In this document: in pieces, positions 15,621 to 27,701 of the stretch
Layout: each line of letters begins with the position of its first letter
How positions within the stretch are numbered: the stretch's first letter is position 1
NCBI RefSeq assembly: GCF_000143415.4
Contig: NW_003314362.1
Coordinates: 186,001 to 250,000, forward strand
From: Selaginella moellendorffii
Taxonomy: Eukaryota > Plantae > Lycopodiophyta
DNA: 64,000 nucleotides
Direction of reading: 5' to 3'
Made by a program: the position numbers and the translations under genes
Notes under the pieces: generated by a model
Database searches by the model: none
Told to the model about the DNA's origin: nothing
The model's input: only the letters and a program-made list of their open reading frames with translations

Positions 15621-16302
15621 CCCCACAGAATCGAGAGGATACAACGTGTGAAGCAAGCCGACTGGATCTTTGCCAGTACTTTCACGGCTCTGTGCTCCGG
15701 GCCATGCAAGGACGGGTCCTCCTTCCAGTTGCTCCGGTTCTCTTCTTAGATATCAGCGACATATCGAGATGACCATCGATGATTCTGTGGAAGACGACCG
15801 GTGTATAGACTGGCTAGACAGACAAGAGCTCTTTCGGTGGTGTATGTCTCGTTTGGCAGCATCGCTCATCTGAACGGCAGCTGGAACAGGTCGCTCGGGG
15901 ATTGGAAGGTTGCTCCTTCCAGTTTTTGTGGGTGATACGGAACGAGTCGGTCCAGACTGTGTCAGCTGACGTTCGAAACGCTTTCACGGAGAAAGTTATA
16001 GGCCGCAGTCTCGTGATTCCATCGGCTCCGGCTCGCGTGCTCAAACATCCTTCATTGGGAGCTTTCGTGACGCACTGCGGATGGAATTCGCAGCAAATGG
16101 TTTGGTGGACAAGTCAGAAGTTGAAAGGGTGGTGAGGGCGGTGTTGGAGGGAGACCAAGGTAGGCAGATCAGGCGAAGGATTGGCTCCTTGAGAGGCGCC
16201 GCAAGGACTGCATTGATGGCCGGGGGACTTCCACGAAAAAGTTTCGAAGAGTTTGCAGAGGCTATGAAGTCTGAGATGCGATCCAGCTTTTTTTTCTACT
16301 AG
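15600..16302 (+). pseudogene. UDP-glycosyltransferase (GT1) pseudogene, C-terminal half
   Basis: CIDWLDRQ, FLWVIR, a broken PSPG box (VLKHPSLGAFVTHCGWNS) and EVERVVRAVLEG, spread over frameshifts. Confidence 0.85.
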
Positions 16303-16357
16303 CCTGTCTACTGGCATGGCGGTATACCGCTCTGGCAGCCATGTTCCTTCGACTTAA

Positions 16358-16880
16358 CTATACCAATCGTTTTGAGATCAAGTCAACAAAGGCGGACAAG
16401 TTCCTATCGGATGAGCCACCTTCTGTCACGGTACTTCTAATTTCATTTCTAAGTTCTATGGCTCTTTTCCTGATTTCTTTTCCAGGATCTTCCACCATGA
16501 GCCGCCTGATCACTTGATGAACCACCTCCTTGCTCGCCACACCGTGACAGGAGCCTCGGAAAAAGCTCGGCCCGACCTTCCAGTCGCCGACGATGATCTT
16601 ACAGTTGAGATGTTGCTCGGCGAAGCAAGGCCAGCACAGCAAAGGAACTCCACTGCACACGGCTTCTAAGGTGGAATTCCACCCAGTGTGTTCGAAAGCC
16701 TTCAACGGAAGGATGCTTGAGAACTTGAAGCTGCGGTGCGCAGGATATCACCAGTCCCTGCGACTTTGTCCTCACGACGACATCCTCAGAAGTTAGCTTC
16801 AGACTCGCCTCATCACCCACAGGAATGGCTCGATTCGAGGCCTAGAGCTAACCGCTCTATCTGGTCCGCCACCGAGTCCC
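16358..16880 (-). pseudogene. UDP-glycosyltransferase pseudogene, C-terminal part, convergent with the previous one
   Basis: CAPQLQVLKHPSV / GWNSTLEAVCSGVPLLCWPCFAEQHLN (PSPG box split by a frameshift) and GGSSDRNLSAFV*. Confidence 0.85.
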
Positions 16881-17651
16881 GAGTCGGCCTCCTCGAGAGC
16901 GTCTAGAACGGCTAAGAGTTGGCTCGTGTTCGGCGGGCTAGCGATGTGGCTGAGCTCCAAGACGCTGGGAGGGAGTGAAAGGACGCGGACGTGAGGATTG
17001 GGGGAGCGCTGCGTCTTGCTGTGGAACTAGGAGCGTGGTGGTGAGATCTAGGCCGTTTCCACGGCCTAGATCGACTTGAAAAGCATTCTACCACCTGTAC
17101 AATAAACTTGTAGTTCCCAAGTCTGTGAAAGGAGTTTACTGGATCTCTGAAAGAGATGTCCTCTCTGCACCAAACAAGATAAGCCACTCTACGTTTACTT
17201 CAGGGTAAACTTTCAATGCATTTTTCCAGGAGCGCTTGTGTATTTCGGCGCAGATATGCTTTGGCGATCAGTAGCTGCAATACCATCCCGACAGAAAGAT
17301 CGGCATTGCACCCCATCGCTCGCAGGTAAGGCCGCAAGCATCTCTGATGGCAGCAGCTGGCTATTAGGTACTCGGCCTGGACGATCTACTGCTTACTGCA
17401 AATGTCGAGGAGGCATCCGGAAGCGGCGAAATTCAGCAGCACGAGAAGGCGATTCTGTCACAGCCTTCTAGGCCTGGAATCAAGTTTGAAGAACACAAGA
17501 AGCTACGAAAAACTTGATGACAGCGCCAGAAATAAATCTTTCAAACTTTTCCGAAAGACCTACCTGATATAGGAAAGTGGAAAAGGTTCCTAAAATGGTC
17601 AGTCGCAAACATTTAAGGGTGTCAATCTCGCCTGGAAAACCCTAGGAGAGA

Positions 17652-18613
17652 ATGACGCAAGAGGCTACTGAGGTCGTGCGCTTGGGAGCAGGGAGCTTTG
17701 CCACAGTCTACGTATGGCAATCGCGCAACAACCTTGCGATTAAGTGCTTGGCGGATGTCAGTCGCATTCCCGACCTGCTCGAAGAGTTTGAGAATCACCG
17801 GAAGGTAAGCAGGGCGTGCGAGTGCGCCGGAAATCTCTTTCTGGTGCCCAAGGCCATGGAATTCTTCCCGTCTCTTGCATCACTGGGGGAGCGCCTGCGA
17901 ATGGATTCGTCGCTCCTGCCAAATATACCAGCTGCGTACACGATGCAGCGAGTCTGGCCCGTCCCACCGGCTCTTGCGGATTCCATCAGGGCCAAGTTCT
18001 TCCCCTCGCTCCACTCCGACTACTCCAAGCCCTTCATCGCACGGATCTACTTGGGTGCAAAACCCCAGCGCATGGTTTCTCGATTCTTCAACGCCAACAA
18101 CTTTCCGCTGGATGCCAATCGTTGCAAGGAGCTGGGGCTGCCGGTTGAGTCACTGGCCCAAGACATGGGTAGACTTCTCGCCAGGATCCATCATCTCGCA
18201 GGTGTCTCAGCTTTACTTTATTTTTCATTCCTGCTTTTTTACATTTCCCTTCTTTTCCAGGACTGGATGGTCGTGACATCGAGTTTGTCGTAGGTGGCGA
18301 CGAGCTGAGGAGCTTCTCCGAGCCCGGGTTTTCCTGCTTTGATTTCAACCAGTGCAAGCCTCACAACGACAATGTGGACGCACTCGTGCACAGCTTCTTT
18401 GACAATGATCCCTACTATCCTCGGCCTGGCATGGAGTTTTGGGACGATTTCAAGGACTGGTACCTGCGGGAAGCCGTGCTTGCTCCAGACAGGGCAAAGT
18501 CTGTACGTCTGGGAAGGATGTTCCTGGACATGGTTGAAGCCAAAGTGGCAGACAAGACCGCCCAAGAAGCTCCAGAAGGCAGGGGCAATGAGATGGCGCT
18601 CCTGGAGAGTTGA
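17652..18613 (+). CDS. DUF3669-type protein-kinase-like-fold protein (300 aa); exons 17652-18201 and 18261-18613
   Basis: The 59 bp GT-AG intron 18202-18260 joins two ORFs in frame (903 nt). Motifs LGAGSFATV, LAIK, MQRVWP, RIYLG, NNFPL, MGRLLARIHH.AGLDGRDIEFVVG, FDFNQC and FFDNDPYYPRP match my recollection of fungal DUF3669 proteins. Confidence 0.8.
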
Positions 18614-18696
18614 AAGTAGGGCGCTCTTTGTTTGAACGACGTTTTTGAAGTAACATAACATGGCTTGCTATCTGAAATTTATATTTCTTGTAGCAC

Positions 18697-18891
18697 CTAC
18701 GAGTGGAGGTCTTGGGAGGAGCGGGAGCTCGAAGTTGTGAGTGGTGTTAAAGGAGATGAGCGTCGTATTGAAGAGTGCTGTCCATTAGAGCTCTCCAGGA
18801 GTTGGAGACTGCTCGGCACAAACCTCGATAGGATGTTCTCAAGAGCAAGCTCATCGCAGAGACCGGGAATGAGATCGCTTGGAGCAGCCAT
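18697..18891 (-). pseudogene. F-box domain fragment (F-box/kelch type N-terminus)
   Basis: LIPGLCDELALENILSRFVP resembles the LIPGLPDELAL.CL.RVP start of F-box/kelch proteins; there is no continuation. Confidence 0.55.
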
Positions 18892-19148
18892 CGCTCATAT
18901 CGCTCCTATCCTGAAACCGAGTGTTACAAAACGGCAAGCAAACGCAGATCAAGGAAGAGCTCACAACGCACTCACAGATCGTCCGCCTTAGAGCGCGTTA
19001 TACTTTGCCGCTGCTATACTAATGTAAGTTTGTCCTCTTTTTCTTGTACTGTTTCTCATGTCTTGTTCCTTGTGATTTTCAGAGTGCTGCGGTGGAAAAA
19101 CCGAGACAAAGGATCAATCGCATCGAAGAAACAGGCACATACTCATAC

Positions 19149-20035
19149 TTAAGTCATCCGTGTGAAGCAAGTGATCGTCATGGGAAAGCCAGCAACTGGT
19201 TCCCACACCATCCTTCTGCTTTCCTTTGAAAATCTTGCAGCATTTAGTTTTCTTCGGATGAATCGACGTCGAGCCTGCGTAAAGGACGCCCCGGATAAAA
19301 AATAAAAATTGAATCTCGCTGCTTCTTCGGGCCTGTTCTCTGCAATCGCCACCCAAGTCTTTTGCACTGCCGAGTTATACCAGTGTATAGCGTTGCCATC
19401 GAGGTAACCGTAGGTGATGGCATTGCTTCCCAGCTTCACCGGAGCTTCAAAGCAATCACCACTCACTACCGTGAGCGTCGAGTTCCTGTGCTCTGTCTAC
19501 CTTGGTATCTCCTCTTACGGCTTCCACGCACGCACTCGACGCAGCATCGTAGCGCATAAGTTCCACTGTCTCCTTGTGCCACTGTAGACCATACAAGTTC
19601 TCGTCGCCAGCCGGCGAGAGCGCCACCGCAACGTTGGAAAAATTCCACTTTCCAATAGTGTTCCACGCGTCCACCTTCATACCAAATACTCTGACGTCCA
19701 GCTTGACAGGAGCATGGAGGCTGTAGGGAGATGCCCTGTTCTCCCAAGTCGAGTATATCTTGCCACTGAAAGCGATGGCGTCGAACCAGTTACTGGACTT
19801 TTGGGCCGGAATCACGTCCCACGTCCAGTTAGCACCACCGACGTCGAGCTTAAAGATGAGATCTCTCGAAGGTGACCAGCACTTGCCTGGTGCCAAAGTC
19901 CACACGAGAACCATGCCGGACCATGCAACAATCTTTGCTCGTCCCTCGCGTAGATTCTCTATCGGCGGGAGCTTCCGCCACACCTGTGACCCCTGTGACC
20001 TGTCCGAAATGAGAGCTTCGAGTACCTCGTATTCG
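19149..20035 (-). pseudogene. Kelch/beta-propeller-like fragment, frameshifted
   Basis: VWRKLPPI, WTWDVIP, AIAFSGKIY, AWNTIG and IHWYNSAVQKTWV are W-rich blade-like repeats split over two frames. Confidence 0.45.
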
Positions 20036-20627
20036 TTTCCCAGACAGACCAAGTATCTCAGCTGCCTCGATTGGCTCGATCGCCAGCCGCCACGATCCGT
20101 GCTCTATCTCCTTTGGCAGCATAGGGGCGATGAATTTCTCGCAGCTGGAAGTCCTGCTCGATTGGGTGCCTTGCCCGGATCTCGTCTCGGACATGGGAGA
20201 GGAAGAACACGCAAGATTCCTTGACAGGGCGCGCGATCTAGGCCTCGTCGTTCGCTGGGCGCCGCAACTCCAGGTCCTCCGCCATGGATCAACCGCGGCG
20301 TTCCTCTCTCACTGTCCACGTTTGAGAGCATTTGCGCTGGAGTGCCGACGATCTGCCAGTCTTGCTTCGCGGAGCAAAAGGCCAACGTCAAGTACGTCGT
20401 GGAGGTGGGCGTGAAGCTCACAAAGGGTCGTCGTGGAGATTTCTCCAAAGAAATCTTCACCGCTGCGCGCCGTAAGCGCGGTGATGGGCGGTGGCGAGCA
20501 GAGCGATTCGATCCGGAAGAGAGCCGCGGATCTGCACGATGCGTGCCGGAAGGATTTCCAAGAGATGCCGAGCGCGGAATTCTCAACGGCTAAGATCGAA
20601 CCCAAGATATCCGACGGCTCCGTTTAA
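20030..20627 (+). pseudogene. UDP-glycosyltransferase pseudogene, C-terminal part
   Basis: [40 protein letters not shown] and [16 protein letters not shown] in three different frames. Confidence 0.85.
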
Positions 20628-20669
20628 ACTAAGTGAATATGCTAGGGCATTTAGGATTCTCTAGCTTGA

Positions 20670-21840
20670 TGGATGCGAAGAGCGCGTAGCGGCGAGCACA
20701 TCTACGCCCAGCTTTGCTCTCTTGCACACGGCAAGGATCCGGCAGCCAGGATTCACTCGCAGATTGTCGCCTGCGGCTATGGACGAATCTCGTCGTGCAG
20801 ATGTACGCGACGGATGCGTTCCGCCGAATCCAGCAGCCCAATGCCTTCTCTTGGGCGATCTTGGCGGCGGCATTGAGGGCCGCGAGGTTTTGTCGCGAAT
20901 GCCGCAGCACAATGTGGTGTCGGCCACGGCGATGCTCGTTGCGCTAAACGCGGTGCTCGCTGCAAATGCCCAAGCAGGGCATGGTTTTTGCTGAAAGATA
21001 TTTGCAATGGGATGCCATTGAAGAACGAAGTGTCGTGGAACGCGCTCTTGAATGCTTTCTCGTAACAAGGTCTGATCGCTTCAACCTTGGAGAAGTTCTG
21101 GAGAATGCCAATGTGGACTATTGTTTCGTGGAATACTATGATCGTGGCATTTGCCAGAGGGGGGAATTTGTATAACGCAAGGAAATCGTTTGACACCGCT
21201 CCAGAGCGTGACATGATCTCCTGGAACAGCCTCTTGGAAGCGTGCAGTAACATCGAGGATCGAGGGAAGTGTTTGATCTTTTGCCCAAGAGGAGCTCGGC
21301 ATCTTGGAGCTCTATGATCAGAGCCCAGCACTCTCACCACTCTCTTCACCGCCTGCGCCACCACCGGATCACTCGAGCAGGGAAGAATCCTCCACAAGTT
21401 CCTCAGCAATTCAATCGCTTGCGGCGATTCCCACGGGCTTTCTCTAGCAAGCGTGATGCTCCGCATGTATAGCGGGCCGAGCTCGTCCATACCGGAGCAG
21501 GATCTCGACTTGGTCGCATGGAGCTCCATGATCTGTGCGTACGCCCATCACGGACAGGGCGAGCGAGCGCTGGATCTCTTCCGGGCGATGAGCGCCGTCG
21601 GAGTGGAGCCCGACGATGTGGTATTCGTGAGCATCATCTCGGCTTGCAGCCAGAGTCAGCCGGGTGTTCTTCCGGTTGATGGCTGGAGAGTTTTCGATCG
21701 CGGCGGGGCTGGATCACTACAAGAGCATCGTCGATGCGCTGGGGCGCGCGGGAATGATCGAGCTAGCTCTCGAGCTCTTGCAAACCATGGCTCTCTTCCC
21801 GGATAGAAGCTCTGCGTTTCTAGGCGTGTGTAATGTGTCT
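20670..21840 (+). pseudogene. PLS-class PPR pseudogene
   Basis: NLVVQMYA, PNAFSWAIL, IVSWNTMIVAFAR, RDMISWNSLL, LVAWSSMICAYAHHGQGERALDLFRAM...PDDVVFVSIISACS and HYKSIVDALGRAG, with multiple frameshifts. Confidence 0.85.
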
Positions 21841-22124
21841 CGAAGCTTTGTTAGAGGATATGCTTTTCGAGAATAATGCTTTCTGAGAGTTTTCGAGAAT
21901 ATGCTAAGATGATTATATTTATGACTAACAGGGCGTGCGATCAAGACAAAATGCGGCCAGCATCGATGTAAGTTCTCCTCGATTCTATCCCCGATCGCCT
22001 GTCCCAGATGGATCCGCAGCGAAATCTCCCCTCCACAGCTATTTCCTTGAAAGATTTCGCTCGCGCTCTTGCAGGATCGCGGCGCCGCCGCTAATTTCGT
22101 ATCTCCAGCGATGATCTGCGGGAC

Positions 22125-22760
22125 ATGGACGGGAATGGAGGCGGCGATCGACCGCACGCGGTGGTATTCCCGTTTCCATCGCTGGGCCACATCATCCCGA
22201 TGATGCATCTCTCCTGGCGGCTGGAATCGCTGGGATTTTTCATCACTTTCGTCAACACGGAGCACAACCATTTCCGGATCGGAGGGAGAGACGAATGCCG
22301 CTGCTGCAGGAGCACGGAGTTCACATCAACATGGTGGGGCTTCCCGACGCCAACATGCCTTCTCTCGAGACTATCAACGTGTTTGAGGCGATCATGTCCA
22401 CGGACAGGCTCCGCGGCGCTTTCGAGAGATTGATCGGCAAGCTGGTGGAGAGACAGAGCTGTCCTCCGGTTTGTATCGTCGCGGATGGATTTCTTTCGTG
22501 GACTCAAGACGTTGCTCAGGACTTTAGTCTCCAGTGGGCCGTGTTCTGAGCTTGATCTTCCGACTTGATGGAAAGAGGCCTCGCACCTTTGAAAGGTACT
22601 TTTCCTTCTTTTATCTTCTATTTTTCTTCATGCTTCGTTTTCCTTTGCAGCTGAAAACGAGCATAGCTACATTTCGTTCATAGACGGTATGATATCTTCC
22701 AGTGATCTCCCGACTTCCATCACCAGGCAGGATCAATATGATCCTGTCCAGAGCGTCGAT
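22125..22760 (+). pseudogene. UDP-glycosyltransferase pseudogene, N-terminal half
   Basis: [21 protein letters not shown]...[10 protein letters not shown] and PPVCIVADGFLSWTQDVA; frameshift and stop, cut off at the array edge. Confidence 0.85.
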
Positions 22761-25361
22761 CTCGAGAAAATAACACCGTCACCATCTTTGGCTTGTCGTT
22801 GTAGTAATTGGAGCTTGGGGTGGCGATTGGGGCGCCGATCAGGCTGGGATGCCAGTCTCGAGCTCACACGGCAATGCCCTGGTTCCATCCGATGCAAGTG
22901 TCTGTCCAGTTCTTGGCAGAAGACGATCTCGGCGATCGCCAATGGAGCATCGTAACGCGGCGATGATTAGTTGGACCTGTCCTCTATCATGACTCACAGC
23001 CATTCGAAGGTTGCCAAAACTCTTGGGCATCGGCAAACCGGTGTCCAGGGTCGTGTCCTGTCTCTGCTCCGCTCAATAGCTTGCCGCTCAGCGTTCGTGT
23101 TCTCACTCTGTGCGATCGTAACAAGGCTGCATTGCGAGTCACGCGAGGCGCAAGTTCCTCCTCCAAAACTATTATCGTTCCAAGCGAGAGACACATTCCA
23201 GGATCCCTTCTTTCTGGGCTAGATCGATCGCTTCTTTCTGGGCTAGATCGACCACTGTCTTTTTTGTCTCTCGAGCCTGCGGGAGGGAGAAACAAGGAAA
23301 TTCCAATATCACGGAGAAACTCCAACATCGCCTACACTTGAAAAAAGTGCTTTTAGGTGGTTCTCTGGCTGTGGATTCGAACCTGTGACCTTGCCAATAA
23401 ATCTCTTTATTCTAGCCAGATATCCGGCCAACAGGTTCCCGTCCAAATTAAACATTAATAGCCTGTTAAAGTGTTTCGCTTGTTCTTGATTTTGAGTGAA
23501 TGGCACGCGTGCTGATTTCTTGTTCCGTATCAATCACGTGGGCAAGGTCGCGCGAACGTTTCCAAGCCTCTCTTCTTGGTTCCAGGATTTTTTTTGGAGC
23601 AAAATTTGTTTCTCGGAACAAGAAAAGTTTCTGGAAAATGAGCAAGTTTGATTTGATCCAACCACCCTCTTGAAGAGCAGAGTTGAGAGGCATCTGGAAA
23701 TGTCAAGAGTGCTGGAGGTTGGGGTATTTATTTGTTTCTCTCTTCTTTGCAAGATCAAATCCTCTGGCCATGTTCAAGACCATGAAATTAAATACTCACT
23801 CCCAAGGCACATCCCTGATTTGGTGCAACTGATTAGACTCAGAACCTGAGGATTGATGCACCAGTGATTCCGTTGTTATTCACTGCAGCCTGTGAGAGCC
23901 TTGATCGAGCGTCAGGTGAGAGCAAAGAAGAAGCATGACAAGCGGTGGAATGATACAACACAATGATCTGCAAGGACCCACGTCAAGCCACTGCGAGAAA
24001 CTAGAGAGAAGAAAGGCTACGCTCTCGCTCAGCTCCACTCTTTCTTACATGAGATTGGCACAAGCGCGGCAGTCAAACGCTGCTCGAAAGTGTGGAGCAG
24101 CGTATCGTTATCCAGGTCGTCAGTAGTCCTCGGCCATTCGCTATTTTGACGAAGCATGTAGGAGGAGCTAGTGGTGGATTCAAACTTGGACACCCCCTCT
24201 AGCTGAAATGCAATGATACTTTCGTAGACAAGGCTGCATTGCGAGTCACGCGGGCTGCAAGTTTAAGCTCCTCTCCTCGTCCAAACCTGTTGGCGTTCAA
24301 GCGAGCAATGCTGAGACGCGTTCCAGCATGACTTTAAAGCAAAAGGAAGAGTCTGGGCTAGATCGACACACTGACCATGATCATCGTGGCTGCTGCTGCT
24401 GCTCAAGCACTCCAGCGAATTCCATAAAGACCCACCGGCAAATTCTTGCGCGAGCGAAGTAAAATTTAATTGGGTCTCTGGCTGTGGGTTCGAACCTGTG
24501 ACCTTGCCAATAATTGTTTTTATTCTAGCCAGATATCCGGCCAACAGGTTCCCGTCCAAATTATGCATTAATAGCTTGTTAACGTGTTTGTTACTTTCAT
24601 GAATCGTTTCTTGAAATTCTGGGCATGGCGCTCAGCTGGCACGCGAATGTTTCCCATCAGTTTGATTTGATCCAGGCACCCCCCTCAAGAGCACCGGTGC
24701 GTTCTGCCCAAGAGATTCGAGTTGCAAGGCATCTGGAAATGTCAAGAGTGCTGAAGGTTGGGGTTAGTTGTTTCTCTCTTCTTCGCAAGATGAAACCCTC
24801 GGGGAGCTTAATTCATCAAGACACCACCCAAAAGCTTCCAGTCTGATGCTTGTTCCTATAGAAAAACCATGTTCAAAACCATGAAACAAAACAGAACATC
24901 TTTGAGTTGGTGCAACTAACTTAGACTCAGAACCTAAAGCTTGTTGCATCAGTGATATCCACTGTAGTCTAGTCCCAGAGTACGTTGTGAGAGCCTTGAT
25001 CGAGCATCAGGTGAGAGCAAACAATTCCTCAAGAGCTGCTTGCAGGTTTAGACTCTGCATAGCTGATGGCTGACAAGAGAAGAAGCATGGCAAGCGAGGC
25101 GATGATACAACACAAGGATCTGCGAGGTTCGAAGAAGTCCCTCAACTGCTCCTGGGTACGTTAAGCCACTGCGAGCGTGGTAAGGGACATGAAAACGTGA
25201 CTCCACTAGCCTAGTCACACCCACAAGCTTATGCGAAGCACTGCACTCGACACATCGCTTGGCGAAAATCGAAAGGTGGCAAAGATGAGGAATGAAGCTC
25301 AAGACAGTCTCTTGTGCGTTCTTGAGCGATCTGGACAAGAGTATATACATACCGCTTTAAA

Positions 25362-25568
25362 TCACAAAAGCAATGCTTGTGATGCTTGCTTTGCGAGGTA
25401 TTGTTTGAAGGCTTGTCTTGGTTTGAGCCAGACCGGATCATCCAGCCAAGCGCAGCAGACAAGCGCTGCTCGGGTGAGGAACTTCCTTGTTGGAATGCGA
25501 GCGAAAGTGCGGAGCAGCGTATCGTTATCCAGGTCGCCCAATGGTGGCAGCGTCACCTCTGCTATCAC
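25362..25568 (-). pseudogene. F-box fragment (copies at 34713, 45382, 56032; diverged at ~15000-15150)
   Basis: LGDLDNDTLLRTFARIPTRKFLTRAALVCCAW fits the F-box consensus. Confidence 0.65.
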
Positions 25569-25631
25569 TGCCCTTGCGCCATTTGCTATTTGGACGAAGC
25601 TTACATGTAGTTAACGAATGGTTCCATCGCA

Positions 25632-26440
25632 TTGTTCTTGACGACGAGGAGGAGACGCTGCTCTGATCGTCATAGATTCCTCGCGAATTTCGTCATGGAA
25701 ATGTATGGAAAGTGCGGGCGCGCCGCGGATGCCTTGGGTGTCCTCCACAAAATGGAAGATGGAAATGTTTTCTTCTGGAACGCATTTGCCCACAGCAGGC
25801 AAATGCCAGAGGTTCTGGTGCTCTTTCGGCAAATGCTCGTCGATATCGAATTCTTGCAGCTATCAAAGGCGATGTGGCGGAGATCCAGGTGAGAAACACC
25901 AGGAACCTCGACTTAAGTTGGCAGAAGGCCCGCTCCAGGCCTGGTTGAAAGACTACTGCTGGAGGGTAAATCAACCACGGCCTTTGGAGGAGGCCATACC
26001 CCTGCTGTCTGATCTCCTCGCAATCCTGGAGCTGAGACAATAACACCGTCACCATCTTTGGCTTGTCGTTGTAGTAATTGGAGCTTGGGGCGGCGATTGG
26101 GATGCCAGTCTCGAGCTCACACGGCAATGCCCTGGTTCCACCCGATGCAAGTGTCTGTCCAGTTCTTGGCAGAAGAAGATCTCGGCGATGGCATGCTCGC
26201 CAACGGAGCACCGTAACGCGGCGATGATTAGCGCGTGGATCTCCCCTGGATCGGCATTGATAGCTGCCAAGAGAAATAACTGGATGCTCGGAAAAGAGTA
26301 ACAAGGGCAAATGCCGCGATCGCAATCTTCCACGAGAAAGAACCTCGATCTTTCATCTTCTGGAAGATTTCCAGCGCCCGCACTTTCCATACCTTTCTAT
26401 GACCAGATTAGCAAGGAACCTCGAGGCCGCTGGAGACGAT
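25632..26440. pseudogene. Two paralogous PPR fragments in inverted orientation (25632-25892 +, ~26230-26440 -), repeated in each unit
   Basis: ATGGAAAGTGCGGGCGC occurs on + at ~25705 and on - at ~26373-26389; both read ..LAN.V.E.YGKCGR. Confidence 0.75.
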
Positions 26441-27574
26441 TTTCCTCGTGGATGCGCCTTCCCCCTCCCAGATCTGTGCTCACCGCATTCTCGCCCAGGC
26501 GCCCACCGCTGGAGATCGCTCCTCCTTCCTGCAAATCTTCGCTGGATGGCACCTCCTCGTCAAGGCTCAAGCACGATGCCATGGAAAACCACCGCCATTG
26601 CCATTATACGCTACTGCTGCACATTTTCGATCCAGGGGGCTCTTTACCCGGGCGGTGTGCTGCTGCCGGGCGTGCTCTATGAGTCGAGCAGCATGGTCTT
26701 TCTTCTCAGTCTCAGACATCTTCAAACTAGGCTCACAAGCACAAGCACTGCTTTTCCGCGGTATGTATGGTTCTTCTCGTGCTCATTTTGTTTATACTCT
26801 TGTCCAGTCCAGATCGCTTCATTCCTCATCTTCGCCACCCTTTGGCCTCGAGCATTTTCCAAGATAAAATGGAGGCCTGTAGTTCATCAACATCCAAGGC
26901 GTGGAGTGACCACAGCGCAACTTGTGATGAGATGAGTTGGTGACCTGGTATATGTTTTTTGTGTTATGCCATCTGCTCTTTGGAAACTTTTGAGAAAGCT
27001 GGCTCTGAGCTGATTGAGTTTGAGCTTGGTCAAGGCTCTCACAGGTTTATTGGATCTCTGGTGCAACCCTGGAGTTTTGTTTGCGGGTGAGTAAGCTTTC
27101 ACGGTTTCAGAGCAATATATTATATTATTGCCAAGAGAAGGCATCAAAACTTGGAGCTCCAGAGTCTCACGCCCCGAGGATTTGAAAGGATCCAAACCTA
27201 TGGACCTCCAGCTTGGACAACCAAGTGAAGAATAGATTCCCGGGACCATGGTGCCTGGATCAAATCAAACTCGAGCTCAGACAAGCCATCTTCCAGAACA
27301 ATATCTTAAACGGATGTTGCTGGTTCTTGTTGCAGCATACTTATACTTTGTTTCTCAAAAATAGCTTCTGCATCAGCTGCTTGCTCAGATTGAGCTGCAG
27401 AGTCCATCCAACCCGTTTTGTTTGCCATGGCCTCGCCAGAGCATGGAGAAAGTGAGAGTTTCATTCCATCGAGAAGAGAATGGTTTCTTTCTTGAGCTTG
27501 ACAGCAGCAACGCGCTGCGCGCCATGCGCCCACAAAACGAAAATCTCTTGCGCCGCTGTTTACATTATGGTATA

Positions 27575-27701
27575 CGTTAAGAAGCAATTAGTGTAGACTT
27601 TGGACGGGAACCTGATGGCCGGATATCTGGCTAGAATAAAAAAATATATTGGCAAGGTCACAGGTTCGAACCCACAGCCAGAGACCCAATCAAATTTTTT
27701 T
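27575..27701 (+). other. tRNA-derived (B-box) element, type 1; 16 copies in the window on both strands
   Basis: GGGAACCTGATGGCCGGATATCTGGCTAGA...CAAGGTCACAGGTTCGAACCCACAGCCAGAGACCCA followed by a T7 run. B-box GGTTCGAACCC; TCTGGCT can pair with AGCCAGA; no intact anticodon arm. Confidence 0.6.

Noticed and set aside
17240-17450. F-box-like IRDACGLTCERW on the minus strand
   Set aside because: Too short and interrupted by stops to support a call.
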